From assembly GCA_023136205.1 (NCBI GenBank), contig JAGLRQ010000139.1, positions 1 to 19,306 of the forward strand: a stretch of 19,306 nt of DNA, in the 5' to 3' direction. A model generated the notes under the pieces. It did not search any database. It saw nothing but the letters and a program-made list of their open reading frames with translations, and was not told the DNA's origin. Made by a program: the position numbers and the translations under genes. Every line of letters begins with the position of its first letter. Positions within the stretch are counted from its first letter, which is position 1. Positions 8,106-15,154 of the stretch are shown here, piece after piece. The DNA is from Candidatus Auribacterota bacterium. GTDB taxonomy: Bacteria > Auribacterota > UBA6266.

Positions 8106-8115
8106 TGAAAAAGGG

Positions 8116-9834
8116 ATGCCATATATGAAGCGAAATACGCGATTAGGGCAGATATTGCTTAAAGCCGGCATCATAGATGAGAACCAGTTACAAAAAGCTT
8201 TGGATGGGTTTAAAAGTTCCGGCCAGCGGTTAGGCCATGTTTTAGTAGAGCTCGGCTTTAGCAAAGAGGAGGATGTTCTTAAAGCGGTCGCGGACCAATT
8301 AGATGTGCCTTACATTAAACTCTCCGACATTGAAATAGACCGCGCAGTGATAGCTAAAATTCCGGTTAAGTTTACTTCCCGCTATAAGCTCATTCCATTT
8401 AAGATGGCCAACGATACTTTGACTGTGGCTATGCTTGACCCTTTGGATATTCATACCTTAGACGATCTCAGGCTTTTATTGGGATGTAAAGTGACCGTGG
8501 CTATCAGCAGCGAAGAGGAAATTACCAAGGCTATCAGGAAGTACTATGGCGTTGGCGCGGAGACAATGGAAAAGATGGTGGAGGCGGCCGAGGACGAAAA
8601 CGATTTAGAATCGTTAGAGATTAGCGCGGAAAAAGATGTAGACGAAATGGCAGAGGATGCCTCGGTAATTAAATTTGTAAATCAAATTGTTATAGAAGCC
8701 TATAATGACCGGGCTACAGATATTCATTTTGAACCATTTGAGAATGAACTAAGGATAAGATACCGCATTGACGGGGTTCTTTATGAAATTACCGCTCCCC
8801 ATACCATCGCGCGGTTCCAATCAGCCATTGTTTCCAGAATAAAAATTATGGCCGATTTAAATATTGCTGAGAAACGGCTGCCTCAGGACGGGCGGATAAA
8901 ACTTAATCTATCCAATCAAGAAATAGACTTGAGAGTTGCTATTATTCCCACTCTTTTTGGTGAAAGTATGAACATAAGAATATTGCCCAAGGGTAAAATT
9001 GTCTTGGGACTGGAACAGCTCGGTTTAGTAGATGTCAATTTGGCGCGAATTCTCTCTTTGATACAAAAACCTCACGGAATTGTTTTGGTAACAGGGCCGA
9101 CAGGCAGTGGAAAAACCACCACTCTCTATGCTTCATTAAACAAGATTAATTCTGCTGATAAAAAAATAATAACGATTGAAGATCCCATTGAATACCAGTT
9201 GAGAGGGGTAACCCAGATTCAGGTCAAGCCAAAGATAGATTTAACTTTTGCCAATGGATTGCGCTCTATCCTGAGAATGGACCCGGATGTCATTATGGTT
9301 GGAGAAATGCGGGATTTTGAAACGGCTGAAATTGCTATCAGGGCATCCTTAACCGGGCATTTGGTTTTCAGCACTCTTCATACCAATGACGCGCCGGGAG
9401 CGGTAACCCGTTTAGTTGACATGGGAATAGAACCTTTTTTGGTTTCCTCATCTATAGAAGCGGTGTTAGCCCAGCGATTAGTCAGGGTTCTCTGCCCTAA
9501 ATGTAAAACAGCCTATACTCCGGAAAAAAATCTTCTCAAAGAAATTGGTTTGAATAAAGCTATTGAGGACAAAGAGGCCGGTGAGATAACTTTGTATAAA
9601 CCAAGAGGCTGCGAAGAATGTATGCAGACCGGATATAGGGGGCGCACAGGTATATATGAATTGGTTTTGCTTAATGATGAAATAAGAAAATTAATCCTGG
9701 AACGAACTTCAACAGATGTAATTAAACAAAAAGCCATTGCTTCGGGTATGATGACCCTGAGACAATATGGCTGGACTAAGGTTCTGGCTGGAGTTACTTC
9801 GGTTGATGAAATACTCCGGGTAACCGAAGCCTGA
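8116..9834 (+). CDS. gspE: Type II secretion system ATPase GspE (GspE/PilB secretion ATPase family) with an N-terminal MshEN/T2SSE_N domain
   Basis: Walker A GPTGSGKTTT, Asp boxes, Walker B DPDVIMVGEMRD, His box GHLVFSTLHTNDA, and tetracysteine zinc site CPKC...CEEC. The N-terminus carries RLGQILL..G and RLGHVLV..G repeats. The second ATG at 8125 is better spaced from AAGGG (8111-8115) and may be the true start. Confidence 0.9.
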   Translation: MPYMKRNTRLGQILLKAGIIDENQLQKALDGFKSSGQRLGHVLVELGFSKEEDVLKAVADQLDVPYIKLSDIEIDRAVIAKIPVKFTSRYKLIPFKMANDTLTVAMLDPLDIHTLDDLRLLLGCKVTVAISSEEEITKAIRKYYGVGAETMEKMVEAAEDENDLESLEISAEKDVDEMAEDASVIKFVNQIVIEAYNDRATDIHFEPFENELRIRYRIDGVLYEITAPHTIARFQSAIVSRIKIMADLNIAEKRLPQDGRIKLNLSNQEIDLRVAIIPTLFGESMNIRILPKGKIVLGLEQLGLVDVNLARILSLIQKPHGIVLVTGPTGSGKTTTLYASLNKINSADKKIITIEDPIEYQLRGVTQIQVKPKIDLTFANGLRSILRMDPDVIMVGEMRDFETAEIAIRASLTGHLVFSTLHTNDAPGAVTRLVDMGIEPFLVSSSIEAVLAQRLVRVLCPKCKTAYTPEKNLLKEIGLNKAIEDKEAGEITLYKPRGCEECMQTGYRGRTGIYELVLLNDEIRKLILERTSTDVIKQKAIASGMMTLRQYGWTKVLAGVTSVDEILRVTEA

Positions 9835-9869
9835 AAGATGTCATCATCCCTTGTGAGGTTGCAGCTAAA

Positions 9870-11090
9870 ATGGCGGCATATACATATAAAATAAAAGACA
9901 GAAACGGACAGATAATAACCGGCGCTATGGAAGCCGACAGCGAGGCGTCTGTTATCAACAATCTTCAGAAGAAGGGTTGTTTCCCGATATCAGTAACTGA
10001 GCAGAAGAAAAAGGGCGGCAGGCTTTCAAATGAAGTTTCCATACAGATATTTCAGAGAATTAGAATAAAAGATATCGCGGTCTTTACCATGCAGCTATCC
10101 AATCTCATCAATAGCGGGATGCCGTTGGTTAAGGCTTTAAGTGTTTTAGTGAGGCAGACCGAGAACAAAAAATTAAAAGCCGTTACCGAATCTTTAAGAA
10201 ATGATGTTCAGGGCGGCAGCTCTTTTTCTGACGCGATAGCCAAATATCCGCTGATTTTTTCCAGGCTTTACGTTAGTATGATAAAGGCTGGTGAGTTAGG
10301 AGGTATTCTTGAAATAGTATTGGCGAGCTTATCAGAGTTTCTCGAAGAAGATCAGGCGTTAAAAAGTAAGATAAAAGCCGCTCTTGTTTATCCCGCGGTT
10401 ATGTCGCTGGTAGGAGTGGCGACGGTATTGTTCCTGATGGCCTTTGTCATCCCGAGGTTCGTGATGATGTTTCAGGATATCGGCAGAACTCTGCCTCTGC
10501 CTACCCAAATCTTGATTTTTGGCAGCCGGTTCTTGAGGACTTATTGGTGGATTTATTTGCCAATGTCGTTCTTGTTGGTTTTTGTTTTTCGGCGGTATAT
10601 AAGAAAGGACGAAGGCAAGGCAGCTCTTGACCGGATTAAATTAAAAATGCCTGTTTTTGGAAAAATAATCCGCAAAGTAGCCATAGCAAGATTTGCCAGA
10701 ACGCTTGGCACATTGATACAAAATGGCGTGTCTATCCTTAACGCGTTGAAAATGACGCGGGAAATAGTCGCCAACAGAATGTTTGCTGAAGAGATAAACA
10801 AAATTCACACTGAACTTAAAGACGGGGGAAATCTAACGCAGCTTTTAACAAAATGTAAAGAGTTTCCGCCTATAGTGGCCGATATGGTGGCCATAGGCGA
10901 AGAAACAGGGAAAATCGATGATTCTCTCTTAAAAGTAGCCGGCTCGTATGAACGGGAGATAGAAAACGAGCTTAAAGGATTGACATCCTTATTAGAACCG
11001 GCTGTAATTTTGTTTATGGGTATAATAGTGGGTTTTATCGTTTTAGCGATGCTGCTGCCGGTCTTTGAAATAACATCTGTAATTCAATAA
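9870..11090 (+). CDS. gspF: Type II secretion system inner-membrane platform protein GspF (GspF/PilC family)
   Basis: 406 aa with the duplicated T2SSF architecture. The cytoplasmic helical domains include FTMQLSNLINSGMPLVKAL and FARTLGTLIQNGVSILNAL. There are three TM segments and a C-terminal PAVILFMGIIVGFIVLAMLLPVFE. Confidence 0.9.
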   Translation: MAAYTYKIKDRNGQIITGAMEADSEASVINNLQKKGCFPISVTEQKKKGGRLSNEVSIQIFQRIRIKDIAVFTMQLSNLINSGMPLVKALSVLVRQTENKKLKAVTESLRNDVQGGSSFSDAIAKYPLIFSRLYVSMIKAGELGGILEIVLASLSEFLEEDQALKSKIKAALVYPAVMSLVGVATVLFLMAFVIPRFVMMFQDIGRTLPLPTQILIFGSRFLRTYWWIYLPMSFLLVFVFRRYIRKDEGKAALDRIKLKMPVFGKIIRKVAIARFARTLGTLIQNGVSILNALKMTREIVANRMFAEEINKIHTELKDGGNLTQLLTKCKEFPPIVADMVAIGEETGKIDDSLLKVAGSYEREIENELKGLTSLLEPAVILFMGIIVGFIVLAMLLPVFEITSVIQ

Positions 11091-11147
11091 GGCATCAATA
11101 AAACAAATACACTTTGTGTTATTCAACATCAAGATTGGGAGGATAAA

Positions 11148-11588
11148 ATGATGAAGAAAAGATTAAAGATTACGCAATACGGCTTTACCCTGATCGAGCT
11201 GATGCTGGTAGTGATAATTATTAGCATTCTGGCCGCGGTCGTTTTTCCCAGGTTTGTAGGGCGTACAGAGCAGGCTCGACAGGCAGCGGCTAAGCTTCAG
11301 ATTAAAAATCTATGTTTGGCCCTGGAAACTTTTGAATTGGATAACGGCCGTTTCCCGACAACTGAACAAGGGCTTGAAGCTTTAAGGCTTGACCCTGGAA
11401 GTACACGTGACTGGAGAGGCCCATATTTGAGAGACGATATTCCGTTGGATCCCTGGAATAACCCTTATCTTTATGTTTGTCCCGGAGCCCATGGGGATTT
11501 CGACCTGGAATCGTACGGGCCGGACGCTGGAGATGGAGGCGGAGATGACGTTGAAAGCTGGGCGAGCGGCGCTTCTTCCGGTGAGTAG
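11148..11588 (+). CDS. gspG: Major pseudopilin GspG
   Basis: Prepilin leader MMKKRLKITQYG|FTLIELMLVV, with Glu at +5. GspG core LDNGRFPTTEQGLEAL...PYL...IPLDPWNNPYLY..PG.HGDFDLESYGPDAGDGG. GGGAGG RBS upstream. Confidence 0.9.
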   Translation: MMKKRLKITQYGFTLIELMLVVIIISILAAVVFPRFVGRTEQARQAAAKLQIKNLCLALETFELDNGRFPTTEQGLEALRLDPGSTRDWRGPYLRDDIPLDPWNNPYLYVCPGAHGDFDLESYGPDAGDGGGDDVESWASGASSGE

Positions 11589-12132
11589 AGGAAGACATAA
11601 AGAAAATGGCCGACAGTTGTCAGTTGTCAGACAAGGAAATCCGCGGGCTAAAACGGGATTTACCTTGATGGAGCTTATTATAGTCGTGGTTATCATCGGT
11701 ATAGTTGTCGGCGTGGCATTACCTTCATTTAACAGGGTTTTTTTAAGGGTCCGGCTTAACACAGCTATACGGGATATTGCCGAAACTTTACGCTATGCCC
11801 ATCAGTGTGCTGTGTACGAAGGAGAAAACTATCGGGTAAATTTTGACCTTGACAGCCAGCGATATTGGGTTTCTCAAGACGATAAAACGCTGTCTTCTTC
11901 AAACCCTCGAACCTTGGAGGGCGGCGTTACTATAACTGAGGTAGTTATTGCTCAAGCCGAAAAGATGAGCAGTCCTCAAAAATATATTACTTTTAAGCCG
12001 GATGGAACTGTTGATAAATGTCTATTATATTTAGAAGACAAAAAGGGAAATGTTTATACCATTGTTACCATGAAGACCACCGGGCAGGTTAAGACATTCG
12101 ATTATAGGTATGAGATGACAGATAGGCAATAG
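11545..12132 (+). CDS. gspH: Minor pseudopilin, GspH/FimT-like
   Basis: Cleavage/methylation motif KTG|FTLMELIIVVVIIGIVVG, with G at 11656-11658 and F at 11659. GspH-like body: RLNTAIRDIAETLRYAHQCAV...YRVNFD...YITFKPDGT. The start is ambiguous. The ATG at 11545 sits 5 nt after GGAGG, gives a 38-aa leader and overlaps gspG by 44 nt. The GTG at 11581 gives a 26-aa leader and the TTG at 11617 a 14-aa leader. The track start at 11473 is rejected. Confidence 0.7.
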   Translation: MTLKAGRAALLPVSRGRHKENGRQLSVVRQGNPRAKTGFTLMELIIVVVIIGIVVGVALPSFNRVFLRVRLNTAIRDIAETLRYAHQCAVYEGENYRVNFDLDSQRYWVSQDDKTLSSSNPRTLEGGVTITEVVIAQAEKMSSPQKYITFKPDGTVDKCLLYLEDKKGNVYTIVTMKTTGQVKTFDYRYEMTDRQ

Positions 12133-12160
12133 GCAAGAGTCCACAGAAAGAATAAGAAAA

Positions 12161-12592
12161 ATGGGATTTAAGTTTGAAAAGTTAAAGGTATGGACGAAGA
12201 AAGGATTTACCCTCTTAGAGGTTATGGTGGCGGTAGCCATTTTATCTTTAGGGCTGATAATTGCCATTCAATCATTTTCTGTTTCGCTTCGAATCGCGGA
12301 GACCTCTTTAAACTTAAGCAAAGCAGCTCTATTGGCTCAGAGAAAACTCTCTGAAATCGAGCTGGAGGGTTTCTCCTTTGAATCTTTGAATTCTGGTGAT
12401 TTCGGTGAAAATTATCCTGATTTTGGCTGGGAAACAGACATTACTCCCGTAGAGTTAAAAGAGCCGTTGATTGAAGCCGGCTTGGAAGATATGCCCGTCC
12501 TCTATCAGGTTGCTATAACCATTTTCTGGCAGGAAAGAGGGAAAAGGCGCGATTTAACATTTACAACCTATCTAACAGAAAGAAAAATTTAA
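12161..12592 (+). CDS. gspI: Minor pseudopilin, GspI-like
   Basis: MGFKFEKLKVWTKKG|FTLLEVMVAVAILSLGL. At 143 aa it has GspI-like size. The pattern after the helix is GspI-like (A...L..AALLAQ..L.E.E) and the C-terminus is a beta-sheet region. Confidence 0.7.
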   Translation: MGFKFEKLKVWTKKGFTLLEVMVAVAILSLGLIIAIQSFSVSLRIAETSLNLSKAALLAQRKLSEIELEGFSFESLNSGDFGENYPDFGWETDITPVELKEPLIEAGLEDMPVLYQVAITIFWQERGKRRDLTFTTYLTERKI

Positions 12593-12593
12593 A

Positions 12594-13400
12594 ATGGAAT
12601 CAAAAACAAAAACAGATCCCTATATCTACCTTTACATTGTTGTCATATTGATTTTAGTTTTGGCGTTAACTTCTCTATATTATGGGCTGAAAATCTACGA
12701 ACACAATAGATTCTTACAGAAAGAACTATTAAAAGTCCGGCAGGGAAAATCTGTTTTGGAAGGGAGATTGGAAGTATTCAAAGATGATGAAGAGAAGGGA
12801 ATTTTAACTGCTGTATTGTTGGAAGAATCATTAGCGAGAGTTGAGGAAGAAAGGGTACTCTTACAGGAACAGATAGTAGAAATTAACCAGGAGTGTTTTT
12901 CATTGCGGGAACTACTGGAGGACATTAGAGAATATGGCGCGGCCGCTCAAGAGGAATTGCCGTGGCAGATCCCCTACAGGGTAGAGTTTATGGACGTGGC
13001 TGAAATAGGAGGCATTTACGCGGAATTATCAGGTTTTGGCATTAAAGATAACAGTTTTGCGGGCCAAATCAAGAATAATTGGGCTGACCCTGACTTTTTA
13101 TTTATAGATTTTGAAATATTAATTGAATTTTACAATGCGGATGAAGGGGTAAATTTTGTTTGTAAGCCGTTCCACATTATAGTCCAAAATCAGTTAACCC
13201 GGGAATTTCTATATAAGCCTGAGGAGGAATGGGCGGTTACTCCCGAAAGTATGGAAGATGTAAAAATTACAATTAAGCAATTACTCGCGAAGGAAGCTGT
13301 TAAAGCTCTTGATGAACCGCTTGAGGAATTTGAAGAAAAACCAGTTGAAGAATTTGAAGAAAGACCTGAGGAAGAAACCGAAGAGACTTTAACTTTATGA
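12594..13400 (+). CDS. Hypothetical bitopic membrane protein: N-terminal TM anchor, coiled-coil region, globular domain and acidic repeat tail. No family recognised.
   Basis: 268-aa ORF. It starts 1 nt after the gspI stop, and its TGA overlaps the next ATG (ATGA at 13397-13400). TM segment IYLYIVVILILVLALTSLYYGL. Heptad-like, E/L/K-rich stretch at about residues 40-115. The C-terminus LEEFEEKPVEEFEERPEEETEE is encoded by a 24-nt tandem repeat: 13323-13342 versus 13347-13366, 18 of 20 nt identical. There is no prepilin G|FTLxE motif. Confidence 0.6.
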   Translation: MESKTKTDPYIYLYIVVILILVLALTSLYYGLKIYEHNRFLQKELLKVRQGKSVLEGRLEVFKDDEEKGILTAVLLEESLARVEEERVLLQEQIVEINQECFSLRELLEDIREYGAAAQEELPWQIPYRVEFMDVAEIGGIYAELSGFGIKDNSFAGQIKNNWADPDFLFIDFEILIEFYNADEGVNFVCKPFHIIVQNQLTREFLYKPEEEWAVTPESMEDVKITIKQLLAKEAVKALDEPLEEFEEKPVEEFEERPEEETEETLTL

Positions 13401-14164
13401 AGGTAAAAGACAGAAAACAGAAGACGGAAATAGATTTGTATTGTGTGATGCGTGATGCGTATTGCGTAGAGAAGAAAAAGACACAGTACTCAATACGCAC
13501 AACGCACGACGAAGGATTTACTCTCATCGAGCTGATAATAGCTGTACTGATAGCGGCTTTGGTAGTTAGCGCTGTCTATGGGTCTTTTCAAGCGGGGTTA
13601 AACAGTTGGAAGAACGCGCAGTTTAAAATAGAGCTTTACCAAAATGCCCGCGTAGCCTTAGAGCAGATGTCCAAAGAGATAAGAGGGGCGTTCATCAGCG
13701 AAAAAAATTCTTATTATAAGTTTATAGGAAAAGACGCCGCTTACAGGGATAGTGATGCCGATATGCTCGATTTTATTTCCACATCAAGCGGACTGAATGG
13801 ACTGTGTGAAATAGGTTATTTTATAGATGATGATTTGGATAGTGATGTTTCGAATCTGGAAAGGAGGTGCGACAGTACCCCGGACGACGAGTTTCTTGAA
13901 GGCGGAACTATCGACCTGCTGGCCATGTTTGTTGTCGGCCTGAATTTCAAATATTTTGACGGGGAGGAATGGAAAGATTCCTGGGTTGTTGATGAAAACG
14001 GTGAAGATGAGTCTTTGGAAGCCGAGGATAAATGTTTGCCAAAAGCAATAGAGATAACCCTTAGTATTCAAAATCCGGAGGTTCAGCAAAAGCCTCTGAT
14101 TTTCTCAACCATGGTTTCTATTCCAACCAGCACGATTTCTTTGGAGGAAGATATAGAGGAATGA
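13397..14164 (+). CDS. gspJ: Minor pseudopilin, GspJ-like (PulJ family)
   Basis: DEG|FTLIELIIAVLIAALVVSAVYGSF, with F at 13517. PulJ-like QNARVALEQMSKEIRGAF follows. The body is acidic and ends in a beta-rich C-terminus. The ATG at 13397 gives a 40-aa leader. The in-frame ATG at 13448 would give 23 aa. Confidence 0.7.
   Translation: MKVKDRKQKTEIDLYCVMRDAYCVEKKKTQYSIRTTHDEGFTLIELIIAVLIAALVVSAVYGSFQAGLNSWKNAQFKIELYQNARVALEQMSKEIRGAFISEKNSYYKFIGKDAAYRDSDADMLDFISTSSGLNGLCEIGYFIDDDLDSDVSNLERRCDSTPDDEFLEGGTIDLLAMFVVGLNFKYFDGEEWKDSWVVDENGEDESLEAEDKCLPKAIEITLSIQNPEVQQKPLIFSTMVSIPTSTISLEEDIEE
13438..13511. repeat. Inverted arrays of degenerate heptamers (GTnnTGC family) that form a long imperfect hairpin
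   Basis: The left array is GTATTGT GTGATGC GTGATGC GTATTGC at 13438-13465. The right array (13491-13511) read as reverse complement is GTCGTGC GTTGTGC GTATTG. Positions 13445-13464 pair with 13491-13510 at 16 of 20 positions: 9 bp, a 2x2 mismatch, 5 bp, a 2x2 mismatch, then 2 bp. An inner GTA/TAC adds 3 bp around a purine-rich loop, gagaagaaaaagacacag. Confidence 0.55.
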
Positions 14165-15153
14165 AAGATAATAAAGGCATTGCTCTGCTTATTGTTTTAT
14201 GGATATTAACCATCTTGTCGGTTATAGCTCTTAGCTTTGTCTATATGATGAGGTTAGAAATTAAGATGGCTAAATATCAAAGAGATAAGGCACAGGCATT
14301 TTATCTCGCGCGGGCGGGTTTAGAAAGAGCTATTGTCCAATTGATTATAGATAAAAGAAGCAGCCGGAAGATTGATGCCCTTAATGAAAGCTGGAGCGTT
14401 AATCCGGATGCCTATGAAGATGTTAATTTACCTGGAGGAGGCTATAAGGTGGAAGTCAGCGATGAATCAGGAAAGATAAACATTAATACTGCTTCTGCCG
14501 GTTTATTAAGGAATTTGCCTGTAATAAAGGATGCTGAAAATAGAGCTGAAATCTGTGATAGTATCATAGACTGGCGTGATACCAATTCCAACCATGAGCT
14601 TAGCGGGTCCGAAGATAATTACTATCAGGCATTGGAGGAACCTTACCATTGCAAGAACGGCCATCTGGATACTGTTGAAGAGCTGCTTCTGGTAAAGGGT
14701 GTTACCGGGGATTTGCTTTATGAGGAAGATGCAGATTCAAACACTTCCTTTTTAGATGGAGATAGGGATGGTGTTTCGAATATCAGGCTAAAGGATATAA
14801 TTACTGTTTATACGGACGGCAAAGTCAATATTAATACCGCGGGTTTAGAAGTTCTGAGTTCTTTAATCGGAGGCAACACCGAGTTAGCTCGGAATATCAT
14901 CAAATATCGGGCAGGGGCGGACGGTGTGGATGGAACTGAAGACGATAGCCCATTTTCTTCGGCGGGTAAAGCAACCTCTATTGTGGGAGGGTCAGGACAT
15001 GGACAATTTGCTAAATTAATTAAGGTTAACTCGAATGTTTTTAAAATTGTTTCGGTAGGCAGAGTTGATAATTCCAGGGTTACGAAGAAGATAGAGGCAG
15101 TAGTGGATAGAAGTAATTCTCCGTTAAAAATAATATATTACAGGGAGAACTAA
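14161..15153 (+). CDS. gspK: Minor pseudopilin GspK
   Basis: The N-terminus KGIALLIVLWILTILSVIALSF is GspK-type, with a hydrophobic helix lacking Glu+5. Also LNESW, ESGKININTAS, D.I.DWRD, YY..L..PY.CKNG.L.TVEELLLVKGV, and a second KVNINTAG...LA..II.YR helix-hairpin-helix-like block. ATGA overlap with gspJ. Confidence 0.8.
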   Translation: MKDNKGIALLIVLWILTILSVIALSFVYMMRLEIKMAKYQRDKAQAFYLARAGLERAIVQLIIDKRSSRKIDALNESWSVNPDAYEDVNLPGGGYKVEVSDESGKININTASAGLLRNLPVIKDAENRAEICDSIIDWRDTNSNHELSGSEDNYYQALEEPYHCKNGHLDTVEELLLVKGVTGDLLYEEDADSNTSFLDGDRDGVSNIRLKDIITVYTDGKVNINTAGLEVLSSLIGGNTELARNIIKYRAGADGVDGTEDDSPFSSAGKATSIVGGSGHGQFAKLIKVNSNVFKIVSVGRVDNSRVTKKIEAVVDRSNSPLKIIYYREN

Positions 15154-15154
15154 C

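Noticed and set aside
11473-11544. The N-terminal extension of the gspH ORF as listed in the track (MFVPEPMGISTWNRTGRTLEMEAE...).
   Set aside because: It would overlap gspG by 116 nt in another frame and give a 62-aa leader. Downstream starts at 11545, 11581 or 11617 are more plausible. The exact start remains unresolved.
11302-11762. Two overlapping - strand ORFs (98 and 126 aa) opposite gspG/gspH, in a locally GC-richer patch.
   Set aside because: By hand count, the GC rise in 11401-11580 (about 56%, against about 22% in a sampled 60-nt stretch at 181-240) is explained by the Gly/Asp/Ala/Pro-rich C-terminal part of GspG. The antisense ORFs are a by-product of reduced stop-codon frequency. 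I see no evidence of foreign DNA or of a gene.
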